Positions 8,633-17,215 of a stretch of 32,698 bases of DNA are shown piece by piece. Each line of letters starts with the position of its first letter. Positions within the stretch are counted from its first letter, which is position 1. A program made the position numbers and the translations under genes. The stretch spans positions 1 through 32,698 of IMG/VR virus record IMGVR_UViG_3300036825_000156, one strand, 5' to 3'. The notes beneath the pieces are model-generated. The model worked only from the letters and a program-made list of their open reading frames with translations. It was not told where the DNA came from and ran no database searches. The DNA is from a virus (Duplodnaviria > Caudoviricetes).

Positions 8633-8909
8633 CTGGGCCATTATCTGGGCGCTGTTTATGTCGGGCATTAACGTGATCCAGTTGCTACTGGCCAAGACGT
8701 ATGTGAAGCGTGAAGAACTGGATGTGTTTCGTACACGTATGCAGTCGATGGAAAACACTATTGCAGGGCTACCCAGCCAAAAAGACCTGCATCAGTTGCA
8801 GCTTGAAATGAGCAATTTACGGGGAGACCTGCGGGAACTCGGCCCGGCAATTCGCCAGGTGAAACACGTCAGCGATCTACTTCTGGAAAACGAACTAAAG
8901 GATAAGTGA
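8607..8909 (+). CDS. DUF2730 / Mu gp25-like protein (N-terminal TM, coiled coil)
   Basis: TM segment, then KTYVKREEL...LPSQKDLHQLQLEM..LRG...LLLENEL; GGAGG RBS. Confidence 0.8.
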   Translation: MDWEIVKGNWAIIWALFMSGINVIQLLLAKTYVKREELDVFRTRMQSMENTIAGLPSQKDLHQLQLEMSNLRGDLRELGPAIRQVKHVSDLLLENELKDK

Positions 8910-8913
8910 GGCC

Positions 8914-9207
8914 ATGGCCATGCGAGAAATTCTTGATAGCGATCAGCGGCTGGTAATCCTGCGCTCTCTGTTGGACTGTGGTGACAGCGCCAATGAATCT
9001 GTATTGCAAACCTGCCTGCAAGCGTACGGCCACCGCGTTTCCCGTGATGTGGTGCGCACGCACCTGAGCTGGTTGGCGGAGCAAGGTCTGGTCACACTCA
9101 GCGACGTGGCCGGGTGCTATGTCGTTGGTCTCACTGGACGTGGTGATGACGTTGCCAACGGCCTGGCTGTTGTGCCTGGCGTTAAAAAACCACGGGCGCG
9201 GGGGTAA
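8914..9207 (+). CDS. Mu gp26-like winged-helix protein
   Basis: DQRLVILRSL...ANESVL...GHRVSRD.VRTHL.WLAEQGLV...LT.RG.DVA.G....PGVKKP. Confidence 0.85.
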   Translation: MAMREILDSDQRLVILRSLLDCGDSANESVLQTCLQAYGHRVSRDVVRTHLSWLAEQGLVTLSDVAGCYVVGLTGRGDDVANGLAVVPGVKKPRARG

Positions 9208-9209
9208 CT

Positions 9210-9494
9210 ATGACCAAGGCTAAACCTTACACTGCCGCTGTTCGGACGTTCCTGGATGAATTGGCGACGTTCTTTGTTGCGTCCGAAATCGAACGTAGTG
9301 TGCTCAAGCCCTTCTTAGAAAAGGAAATGGGTAAACCCTATAACGAGATCGTGACGGAAGGTTATCTCGCGCAAGTGTTGAGAGATAACCCGGAGTCTGA
9401 GCGTGCCTGGAAGGCATTGCAGCGTGTCATTATCAAACGACGCAAAGGCATACTTGCAGAACTTGAGCGCGAAAGGAGCCAGCATGGCCGATGA
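9210..9494 (+). CDS. Hypothetical protein between the gp26- and gp27-like genes
   Basis: 94-aa ORF starting just after the previous stop and overlapping the next start. Confidence 0.7.
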   Translation: MTKAKPYTAAVRTFLDELATFFVASEIERSVLKPFLEKEMGKPYNEIVTEGYLAQVLRDNPESERAWKALQRVIIKRRKGILAELERERSQHGR

Positions 9495-10059
9495 AAAACC
9501 AACCCGTGGCCGCGCGTCAAAGATAGACCTGTTGCCCGAAAGTATCCGCGATGCCCTCCATCAGATGTTGCGTGATAAACGCCACACCCAGGAACAAATC
9601 CGCGAGGCCATCAATGAGCTGATAGATCATCATGATTTGCCTGATGATATGCAACTCAGCCGCACAGGCCTGAATCGCTACGCCAGCCGCATGGAGTCAG
9701 TCGGTGCAAAGATTCGCGCCTCTCGCGAAATGGCAGAGATATGGGCTGCCAAGTTAGGTTCTGCGCCGACGTCCGACGTCGGCAAGTTGTTAATGGAGTT
9801 TGTGAAAACCCTGGCATTTGAAACATCAATGGCTCTAGCTGAGACCGAGAAAACCGTTGAACCTAAAGCACTAGGCCAATTGGCGCTGGTCGCTCAACGC
9901 ATTGAATCGGCGCAGATGGTCAGCCATAAACGTGAGAAAGAAATTCGCCAGGCATTCGCCGAAGAAGTCGCCTCAACAACGGAAAAAATCGTTTCTCAGG
10001 CGGGCCTGTCCGCAGAAAAAGCAGCGGATATCAAACGTCAGATACTGGGGATCGTGTGA
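9484..10059 (+). CDS. DUF3486 / Mu gp27-like terminase small subunit
   Basis: RGRASKIDLLPESIR..L...LSRTGLNRY; precedes the large terminase; ATG at 9484 after AAGGAG. Confidence 0.88.
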   Translation: MADEKPTRGRASKIDLLPESIRDALHQMLRDKRHTQEQIREAINELIDHHDLPDDMQLSRTGLNRYASRMESVGAKIRASREMAEIWAAKLGSAPTSDVGKLLMEFVKTLAFETSMALAETEKTVEPKALGQLALVAQRIESAQMVSHKREKEIRQAFAEEVASTTEKIVSQAGLSAEKAADIKRQILGIV

Positions 10060-11630
10060 TGCTAATTGCCAGTTTAAATACTATTGCAACGGGCGTTATC
10101 GGTGGGGAGGACTTCGATGAAAATGAAGTCCTCCTTGGCTATCAACGCCGATGGATTGCCGATGAGTCACCGTTAAAAATTGCGGAGAAATCGCGCCGTA
10201 CCGGTATTACCTGGGCGGAAGCGGCTGACGCTGCCTTGACGGCCTCAAAAACAAAATCAGCGGGCGGCACAAACCATTTCTACGTTGGCTCAAACAAGGA
10301 GATGGCTCGCGAGTTTATCGATGCGGCGGCGATGTGGGCCAAAGCCTATGACCTGGCAGCGGAAGACGTTTGTGAAGAAGTCCTGGTGGATGATGACAAG
10401 GACATTCTGACGTTTGTCATTTACTTTGCCAGCGGCTTTAAGGTGCAAGCGTTATCCAGTAACCCAAGCAACTTGCGCGGTATGCAAGGCAACGTAACCA
10501 TTGATGAGGCGGCTTTCCATGAACGCCTGGCCGAAGTGCTCAAAGCCGCTTTAGCGCTGACGATGTGGGGCGCGAAAGTCCGACTCATCAGCACACACAA
10601 TGGCACGGAAAATCTGTTCAACGAGTTGATCCAAGATAGTCGTGCCGGGAAGAAGCGTTATTCTGTTCACACAATCACCCTAGACGATGCGTGTCACGAT
10701 GGTCTGTATAAGCGTATTTGCCAGGTAAAAAGGCGTGACTGGAGCGAGGAAGCGGAAGGCCAGTGGAAGACTGACCTACTGCGCGACACAGCGACCCAGG
10801 ATGACGCCCTGGAGGAATATTATTGCGTGCCAAAAAATGGCGGAGGTACTTACCTCCCACGTTCCATTCGTGAACGTGCCGCCAGAGGCACTGGCCCTGT
10901 ATTGCGCTTTACGGGTTCGGCTGAATTCAACGCCATGCCTGAGACCCTCCGCGCCCTGGAAATGCAGGATTGGCTAGAGACAACGGTATTGCCGGTGCTC
11001 AACAGCTTACCTAAGCATTTGCGCCATGCGCTGGGTGAAGACTTTGCGCGTAACGGAGACCTGACGGTGTTTGCGCCGATCATCGTCAACGACGATACGA
11101 CCCGAGAGGTACCGTTCCTGGTTGAGTTGGCCAACGTGCCATTCAAGCAACAGGAGCAGGCGCTGTACTTTATCTGTGATCGGTTACCTCGCCGCGATGG
11201 CATCAAGCTTGATGCCCGTGGTAACGGTCAGTATCTGGCTGAGCAAGCCGCTTACCGTTACGGCAATGAAGTGGAACAAGTGATGTTATCGGTGCCGCAC
11301 TACCGCGAAAACATGCCGCGCTTTAAATCCGCCTTTGAAGATGACGAGATAGTTCTTCCCAAGCATGAGGACGTGATCAATGACCTGGGCGCTATCCAAA
11401 TGCTGCGCGGCGTGCCGGGGATTGACGACAGCCGCACTACCGGCAGCGATGGTAAAAAGCGCCACGGCGACGCCGCAATTGCTATTTTCCTGGCTTATTT
11501 GGCCAGTAAAGAAGACTGCCAACGCTACGAGCTGCACCGCATAAACCAATTACAACGGCCTGAAGAACGTGAAGAACGCCGCCAGGTACGTATCACACGT
11601 GGGCTGAAGAACCAACGAGGGCTTCTGTGA
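10056..11630 (+). CDS. Terminase large subunit (Mu gp28-like)
   Basis: LLGYQRRW, EKSRRTGITW (Walker A), LRGMQGNVTIDEAAF (Walker B), ISTHNG, nuclease motifs GEDFARNGD and HGDAAIA. Confidence 0.95.
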   Translation: MMLIASLNTIATGVIGGEDFDENEVLLGYQRRWIADESPLKIAEKSRRTGITWAEAADAALTASKTKSAGGTNHFYVGSNKEMAREFIDAAAMWAKAYDLAAEDVCEEVLVDDDKDILTFVIYFASGFKVQALSSNPSNLRGMQGNVTIDEAAFHERLAEVLKAALALTMWGAKVRLISTHNGTENLFNELIQDSRAGKKRYSVHTITLDDACHDGLYKRICQVKRRDWSEEAEGQWKTDLLRDTATQDDALEEYYCVPKNGGGTYLPRSIRERAARGTGPVLRFTGSAEFNAMPETLRALEMQDWLETTVLPVLNSLPKHLRHALGEDFARNGDLTVFAPIIVNDDTTREVPFLVELANVPFKQQEQALYFICDRLPRRDGIKLDARGNGQYLAEQAAYRYGNEVEQVMLSVPHYRENMPRFKSAFEDDEIVLPKHEDVINDLGAIQMLRGVPGIDDSRTTGSDGKKRHGDAAIAIFLAYLASKEDCQRYELHRINQLQRPEEREERRQVRITRGLKNQRGLL

Positions 11631-13213
11631 TGTTGAACAAAATAACGGGTGTTATTCGTAAGCTGATCCACCCCACTAATGGCGAGTCAGTCAGCATCAG
11701 CAAAGAGGAGATGCAGACCGAGCAGACTCGTGCTCGAACCACTGGCGTTCGCCGTGCCCATGCTGGCATCAGCGTCGCCAGTACCATCACACCTCAACGC
11801 CTCGCCAGCGTCTTACGCCGTGCCGCTGAGGGGGATGCTACGGACTATTTCATCCTGGCTGAAGAAATGGAGGAACGCGATCTCCACTATTCAAGCGTAC
11901 TGCGTACCCGAAAACTGAAGGTCGCCGGGATTGAGCCAACAGTTGAAGCCGCAAGTGATGAGGCCCGTGATGTTGAGCTGGCTGATGCAGTACGTGTGAT
12001 GATGGAGCGCCCTCAAATCCCTGAGCTGCTCTTTGACTTGCTCGATGGCCTGGGTAAAGGGTTGGCAGTGATAGAAATTCTTTGGGATACAAATAAAGTT
12101 CCCTGGATGCCGCGTGACTATTCCTGGGTAGACCCTCGGTTTCTCAAGCCGGATAAAGACACGCTGCGTGAGGTGCGGGTAATCACTGAAGCAGAGCCTA
12201 ACATTGGTGAACCTTTGGCACCGTATAAGTTCATCACGCATCAGCCTCGTTTGAAGTCTGGTTTACCCCTGCGTAATGGCCTGGCTCGCTTGGTTGCCGT
12301 CATGTATATGCTGAAGTCATTCACGGTTCGTGATTGGTGGGCCTTTGGTGAGAAATTCGGCTTACCGATCACTGTGGGTAAATATGGCAATAATGCCAGC
12401 GCTGAAGATATCCAAACGTTGATTGACGCCATAGCGTCTTTGGCTTCAGATGCCGGGTGCGCAATTCCTCAATCTATGCAAATTGACATGCAGGAAACTG
12501 CCAGCCGCCAGGGTGGTGGTGTTTTATTTGAAAGCATGGCGGAATGGTGCGATGCCCAGACCAGTAAGGCCGTACTGGGCCAAACGATGACCACCGACGA
12601 CGGCAGCAGTCAAAGCCAGGCAAACGTTCATAACGATGTGCGAATGGATATCGCCCGGTGGGATGCTCGCCAGCTTGAAAACACGCTTAATGAGTTCTTG
12701 GTTCGCCCGTTCATCATGCTTAACTACGGGATCCAGGATAACTACCCACGTGTTTGCTTGAGGATTAACGAGCCGGAGGATTTAAAAGCTCTCGTTGAAG
12801 CCCTGGTGCCAATGATTGACCGGGGTATGGAAATCCAAATGTCAGAGGTGCGTGATAAGTTTGGTCTGTCGGAACCGGAGGCTGGTGCAAAAACATTCCA
12901 ACCAGCGGGTAATGCAGCAAACGGTTATTCCATGTTGCCAGCGATGAACCGGCAGCATATTGCGCTTAACCGCCAATCAGCCCCGGACGATATCGACCAA
13001 TTGACAGATGAAGCGATCAGCGATTGGCAGCGTATTGGCCCATCATTCACCAACCCAGTGTTGGCGCTAGCCCATGAGGTAAGCAGCTATGAAGAGTTCC
13101 TGGCTCGTCTGCCGGAGCTACAAGCTGATATGGATGCTGGAGAATTTATCGAAGGCATGACCCGGCTTTGTTTCCAGGCACGAGCAATGGGGGATGTAAC
13201 CGATGCGAACTAA
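11627..13213 (+). CDS. Portal protein (Mu gp29/gpH, DUF935)
   Basis: EEMEERDLHYSSVLRTRK, DWWAFGEKFGLP..VGKY, SKAVLGQTMTT..GSS..QANVHNDVR. Confidence 0.95.
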   Translation: MMLNKITGVIRKLIHPTNGESVSISKEEMQTEQTRARTTGVRRAHAGISVASTITPQRLASVLRRAAEGDATDYFILAEEMEERDLHYSSVLRTRKLKVAGIEPTVEAASDEARDVELADAVRVMMERPQIPELLFDLLDGLGKGLAVIEILWDTNKVPWMPRDYSWVDPRFLKPDKDTLREVRVITEAEPNIGEPLAPYKFITHQPRLKSGLPLRNGLARLVAVMYMLKSFTVRDWWAFGEKFGLPITVGKYGNNASAEDIQTLIDAIASLASDAGCAIPQSMQIDMQETASRQGGGVLFESMAEWCDAQTSKAVLGQTMTTDDGSSQSQANVHNDVRMDIARWDARQLENTLNEFLVRPFIMLNYGIQDNYPRVCLRINEPEDLKALVEALVPMIDRGMEIQMSEVRDKFGLSEPEAGAKTFQPAGNAANGYSMLPAMNRQHIALNRQSAPDDIDQLTDEAISDWQRIGPSFTNPVLALAHEVSSYEEFLARLPELQADMDAGEFIEGMTRLCFQARAMGDVTDAN

Positions 13214-13322
13214 ACATGTGCGCCGTGAACACCTTTGCTTTCAAAGGCCCTTGTGGCCCGTGAAACATCATACGTACTGGACTATCTTCAATGGCTATTA
13301 CTACGGGCGGAAACATGGCTGA
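13203..13322 (+). CDS. Unlisted 39-aa ORF MRTKHVRREHLCFQRPLWPVKHHTYWTIFNGYYYGRKHG
   Basis: Translated by hand; GGGGGA RBS; overlaps the portal stop and the MuF start, bridging the gap exactly. Confidence 0.5.
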   Translation: MRTKHVRREHLCFQRPLWPVKHHTYWTIFNGYYYGRKHG

Positions 13323-14169
13323 TAAGACCCCCGATATTATCCCGAAAGAATCGTTAGCCTGGTTCAACGCCAAGAAGCTGCAACCCGGTTTTGATTATCG
13401 CGATGTGTGGCTAGAGGAGCACAGCGCCGCATTCACCGTGGCTAAAATGACGCAGCTCGATTTACTCAATGACGTAAAGGAGCTTGTGACAACCGCCCTG
13501 GAACAGGGGCAAACATTTACCGAGTTCAAGCGGCTGCTGGAGCCGCTACTGGTGAAGCGTGGTTGGTGGGGTATTCGTGACATGGATGACCCCGTGACCG
13601 GCGAAACAAAAACGGTGCAGCTCGGCAGTGATAGCCGGTTGCGCACCATTTACAATACCAACATGCGCACGGCGCGTAGTGCAGGCCAATGGCAACGTAT
13701 AGAGCGAACCAAGCGTGCAATGCCTTACCTGATATACACACTGGGGCCATCCAGGGAGCACCGCGTTGATCACCTCCAATGGGCCAATATCTGCTTGCCA
13801 GTGGATCACCCGTTCTGGCTAACACACATAGGGCCGAATGGTTGGGGGTGCAAGTGTGGTGTTCGCCAGGTTAGCAAGTACGAATATGACCAAATGGTGC
13901 AGGACGGTGTTACGCAAACTGCCCCAGAGTTCGACGACAATGGCCAACCTACCGGCCAGGTATCGCGAGTCAAAGTCCCGTTAAAAACTCAGGCACCACC
14001 GGTGAAAAATGTGAAGTGGTTGAACAAACGAACGGGTGAGGAGGAAGCAGTTCCTGAAGGAATTGATCCGGGCTGGAATTACAATCCAGGCATCAGCCGC
14101 CAGGCTGCGCTTGAGCGGCAGCTCAAAGCCAAGCAACAAGTTTTTGATGGTGGCATTCAACCAGGTTAA
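13315..14169 (+). CDS. Head morphogenesis protein MuF (gp30)
   Basis: EHSAAFTVAK, RLRTIYNTNMRTA..AG.W, PNGWGCKC, GIDPGWNYNPG. ATG at 13315 preferred; 13291 is also possible. Confidence 0.92.
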   Translation: MADKTPDIIPKESLAWFNAKKLQPGFDYRDVWLEEHSAAFTVAKMTQLDLLNDVKELVTTALEQGQTFTEFKRLLEPLLVKRGWWGIRDMDDPVTGETKTVQLGSDSRLRTIYNTNMRTARSAGQWQRIERTKRAMPYLIYTLGPSREHRVDHLQWANICLPVDHPFWLTHIGPNGWGCKCGVRQVSKYEYDQMVQDGVTQTAPEFDDNGQPTGQVSRVKVPLKTQAPPVKNVKWLNKRTGEEEAVPEGIDPGWNYNPGISRQAALERQLKAKQQVFDGGIQPG

Positions 14170-14371
14170 ATAATCACGCTGAAACGCGCGTAGTGACGTT
14201 TTATCGGTGTGTGGTACGATGGCGCGTAGAAATTTTGTTAAACGTTCCTACGCGCTTTTAAACGTGTTTTAAACACGGTTCCATACCTCCAATACAGTAA
14301 AAGCGGTTAATCCGTCTATCCCTCCCCCTAGCGTCACACTGTCTGCATGATTTCTTTATGCGGATTCCCCC
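14170..14371 (+). promoter_or_regulatory. Structured intergenic region upstream of the protease gene; probable terminator plus late promoter (position of Mu P-I)
   Basis: Largest non-coding gap in the late region; inverted repeats GCGCGTAG/CTACGCGC followed by TTTT; TTTTAAAC repeated. Confidence 0.55.
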
Positions 14372-15325
14372 ATGCCTGCTGAACTGTTGGCGCTCTGTTT
14401 TGAGTTGCCTGATTACGTTGATAACCAAATACCTGCCTGGTTACCGATGCTGCCTATCGGCCCGTTCACTGGGCGTGATGGTCGTGCATGGGTGAACAAT
14501 GAACCCGAAGCGGTTATTGCCAAGTCCCTGCAATACAACCATCTGCCGTTCGACATGGAGCACGCCACCGAAATCAAAGGCCCGAAAGGCGAAGATGCCC
14601 CGGCCTACGGCTGGATTGAAGACCTGAAAATTCAGGGCGATCAGATTTGGGCGCGTGTTGCCTGGAACGCCGACGGTGAAAAAATCATTCAGGGGAAAAA
14701 GTACCGCTACTACAGCCCCGCATTCTATTTCACAGCCGATGGCCAGGTAACGCAGTTGTCCAGTGTCGGCCTGACCAACAAACCTAATTTGCTAGTACCT
14801 GCCCTTAACTCGGAGAACACCGACATGAAACTGCATGAACTGATTGCAGCGGCGTTGGGCCTGGGTGCGGAAGCCACTGTTGAAAGTGGTGTCACTGCCA
14901 TCCAGAGCCTGAAAAGCGCCGAGCAAGTAGCGCTCAACCGTGCGCAAAACCCTGACCTAAGCGCCTTTGTGCCGAAGGAAACCCACCAGTTGGCGCTCAA
15001 CCGTGCCGAATCGGCAGAAGGCAAGCTGAAGGAGCTGGCCGAGAAGGACGCCGAAGTCTTGGTTGATGGGGCGATTGCCACCGGGAAAGTAGCCCCAGCC
15101 AATCGCGAAATGTACCTGGCAACCTGCCGCAGCGAAGAAGGCCGTAAGCAATTCACCGAGTTCGTCCAGGGCGCGCCGGTAATCGTTAACTCTGACCCGA
15201 TCAAGAAAAAACCGGGCCACTCCAATCAGGAATTGACCGACGTCGAGCTGGCAACCTGCCGTTCGATGGGTATCAGCAAAGAGACGTTCCTGGCCGAAAA
15301 AACTAAACGTGAGGTACAGCAATAA
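14372..15325 (+). CDS. Prohead protease I with C-terminal scaffold domain (Mu gp32)
   Basis: G.F.GRDGR.W, PFDMEHAT, APAYGWI, YRYYSPAF, VGLTNKPNL. Confidence 0.94.
   Translation: MPAELLALCFELPDYVDNQIPAWLPMLPIGPFTGRDGRAWVNNEPEAVIAKSLQYNHLPFDMEHATEIKGPKGEDAPAYGWIEDLKIQGDQIWARVAWNADGEKIIQGKKYRYYSPAFYFTADGQVTQLSSVGLTNKPNLLVPALNSENTDMKLHELIAAALGLGAEATVESGVTAIQSLKSAEQVALNRAQNPDLSAFVPKETHQLALNRAESAEGKLKELAEKDAEVLVDGAIATGKVAPANREMYLATCRSEEGRKQFTEFVQGAPVIVNSDPIKKKPGHSNQELTDVELATCRSMGISKETFLAEKTKREVQQ
14825..15325 (+). CDS. In-frame internal start: scaffolding protein Z (Mu gp33-like)
   Basis: GGAG RBS upstream of the ATG at 14825 (MKLHELIAAALGL), right after the protease domain; Mu makes Z this way. 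Confidence 0.7.
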   Translation: MKLHELIAAALGLGAEATVESGVTAIQSLKSAEQVALNRAQNPDLSAFVPKETHQLALNRAESAEGKLKELAEKDAEVLVDGAIATGKVAPANREMYLATCRSEEGRKQFTEFVQGAPVIVNSDPIKKKPGHSNQELTDVELATCRSMGISKETFLAEKTKREVQQ

Positions 15326-16239
15326 TGCCAGCCCCATCCGCAGAAGTATTACACGCGATCACCACCTCTCTGAGCGCCTCTTATACCCAGGGCCTGGAAG
15401 GTGCTAAGCCGTTGTATGAATCCATCGCTACGGTCATTCCCAGCGGTGGTGCCTCGAACACCTATGCCTGGTTAGGTGACTGGCCGGAGATCAAAGAATG
15501 GATTGGCGCACGCCAGTTCGCTGAACTGTCTCAAAATGGTTACGTCATTACCAACAAGACCTGGGAAAGCTCTATCAAGGTCAAACGCGAAGCGATTGAA
15601 GACGATCAGGTTGGCCAGTACGGCGTCATTGCCAAGCGCATTGGCCAAGATACGGCGGTGTTCCCTGACAAGCTGACTTTCCCGTTGTTGGTCGCCGGGT
15701 TTAGCACTCTGTGTTACGACGGCCAAAACTTCTTTGATACCGACCACCCAATGGCGGGCGGCACCTATAGCAACATCGTAGGGACTGGGGCCGAAACCGG
15801 AGAGCCTTGGTTCTTGATTGATGGTTCCCAGGTGCTGAAGCCAATCATCTATCAGAACCGCCGGGAGTTTGATTTCAATGCTCTCGACGACCTGAGCAAT
15901 GAGCACACCTTCAAGAACAATGAGTTCCTGTTTGGTGTGGATGGCCGCTCAAATGCCGGGTTCGGTTTCTGGCAAACAGCCGTTGGTTCTCGTGCACCAC
16001 TGACGACAGAGAACTACGAAAAGGCTGTGGAAATCCTGCAAGGCATGAAGAAAGACAACGGCACACCGCTGGGCATTTCACCGACAACGATCGTAGTCGG
16101 CAAAGCTAACCGCGCCGCCGCTAAAAAGCTGATCGACGCCATGCTGGTCGATGGAGGTGACTCCAACATCTACTACAAAGACGTTGATATTGTGAATAGT
16201 CCATTCGTAGTGGCCCCGCCAGCGCCTCCAAGCCCATAA
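15325..16239 (+). CDS. Major capsid protein (Mu gpT/gp34)
   Basis: NTYAWLGDWP.IKEWIG.R, IEDDQVG.Y, CYDGQNFFDTDHP, KPIIYQ.R, FGVDGR.NAGFGFWQ. Confidence 0.96.
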   Translation: MPAPSAEVLHAITTSLSASYTQGLEGAKPLYESIATVIPSGGASNTYAWLGDWPEIKEWIGARQFAELSQNGYVITNKTWESSIKVKREAIEDDQVGQYGVIAKRIGQDTAVFPDKLTFPLLVAGFSTLCYDGQNFFDTDHPMAGGTYSNIVGTGAETGEPWFLIDGSQVLKPIIYQNRREFDFNALDDLSNEHTFKNNEFLFGVDGRSNAGFGFWQTAVGSRAPLTTENYEKAVEILQGMKKDNGTPLGISPTTIVVGKANRAAAKKLIDAMLVDGGDSNIYYKDVDIVNSPFVVAPPAPPSP

Positions 16240-16269
16240 GCAACGGCACATTAACCCATGTTTACCTAA

Positions 16270-16301
16270 GCATTAGCGGGTGTTTAAACGCCCGTTAATG
16301 C
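16270..16301 (+). promoter_or_regulatory. Long hairpin downstream of the capsid gene
   Basis: GCATTAGCGGGTGTTT/AAACGCCCGTTAATGC pairs throughout, with two G-U wobbles; no U-tail. Confidence 0.6.
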
Positions 16302-16319
16302 CACAAAGAGGATGGAACA

Positions 16320-16781
16320 GTGAGTGGAAAATCAGACAAAAAACAGTCGGAGCAAACCAACCAGGCTGATTCAAAAACAACTCAAGCGGTTAAAGCGCCG
16401 GTTACTGCGTCAGCTCTTACAGGACACTATCAGCCACTTGCCCAGCCCGGTTCGCCATCGGAACCGAATTCGGCAGCACCTGGAGTAGTTGACGGGGTTA
16501 CACCCATGTTGCCGGAGTCCAATGTTGCCACGCTGCCGGATGTTGAAGTGTTGATGGTGCAGGCAGTTTCACCCAACGGCTTTTATCGAGCCGGACAGTT
16601 CTGGCCACACGAAGGCGTCAATGTGTTCGTCAGCGATACCCCGGATGCGGATAACACTGACAGCCAAGCAGCCGATGGCATTGTGCCATTCATCAGCACC
16701 GAGACCGCTGACAGGCTGAAGGCTGAACCGAATCTCCGTGTAACCGTTCTGCCAACCGTTATTTCTGACCAGGGGGAATGA
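16320..16781 (+). CDS. Mu gp35-position protein (HI1506-like C-terminal domain, low-complexity N-terminus)
   Basis: GFYRAGQFWP...RLKAEPNLRV motif; lies between capsid and gp36. Confidence 0.7.
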   Translation: MSGKSDKKQSEQTNQADSKTTQAVKAPVTASALTGHYQPLAQPGSPSEPNSAAPGVVDGVTPMLPESNVATLPDVEVLMVQAVSPNGFYRAGQFWPHEGVNVFVSDTPDADNTDSQAADGIVPFISTETADRLKAEPNLRVTVLPTVISDQGE

Positions 16782-17215
16782 TGAGTTACGCCACCCGTGC
16801 CGATTTGTTGGTTGCCGACGGCTCCTATCTCTGGAACGTGGCAATCAATCGGGAAACCAACCAACTCGATGAGGAAGCGATCAGCCAGGCACTGGAGGAC
16901 ACCGACGAGGAAATCAACTCGTTGCTGTCTCGCCGGTACAAGCTGCCGCTTGAGACAGCGGTTCCCCGCATTCTGAACCGGGTGGCTATTTCCATCGCCT
17001 TTTACTGGCTGGCTGATCGAGATAACCAGGCAACTGAGCTGGTTCGCAAGCGTTATGAAGATGCCATCAAGACGCTGAAGGAAATCGCGAATGGCCAGCG
17101 TGATCTGGGCTTGCCGACACTGGAACAACCCACTGAGGGTGCAGGCGGCAAGGTCATCATGATTGGCGATAACAAACGCCTGTTCACCCGTAACACCCTG
17201 AAAGGCGTGCTCTGA
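16778..17215 (+). CDS. Head-tail adaptor (Mu gp36, DUF1320)
   Basis: SYATRADL...AL.D...EINSLL..RYKLPL...IA.Y.L...RKRYEDAIK.L..IA.G...LGL. Confidence 0.92.
   Translation: MMSYATRADLLVADGSYLWNVAINRETNQLDEEAISQALEDTDEEINSLLSRRYKLPLETAVPRILNRVAISIAFYWLADRDNQATELVRKRYEDAIKTLKEIANGQRDLGLPTLEQPTEGAGGKVIMIGDNKRLFTRNTLKGVL

Noticed and set aside
4261-9483. Longer starts given by the ORF track (4261, 4528, 7276, 9403)
   Set aside because: They overlap upstream genes or hairpins; the downstream ATGs at 4321, 4594, 7471 and 9484 have RBSs and match family N-termini.
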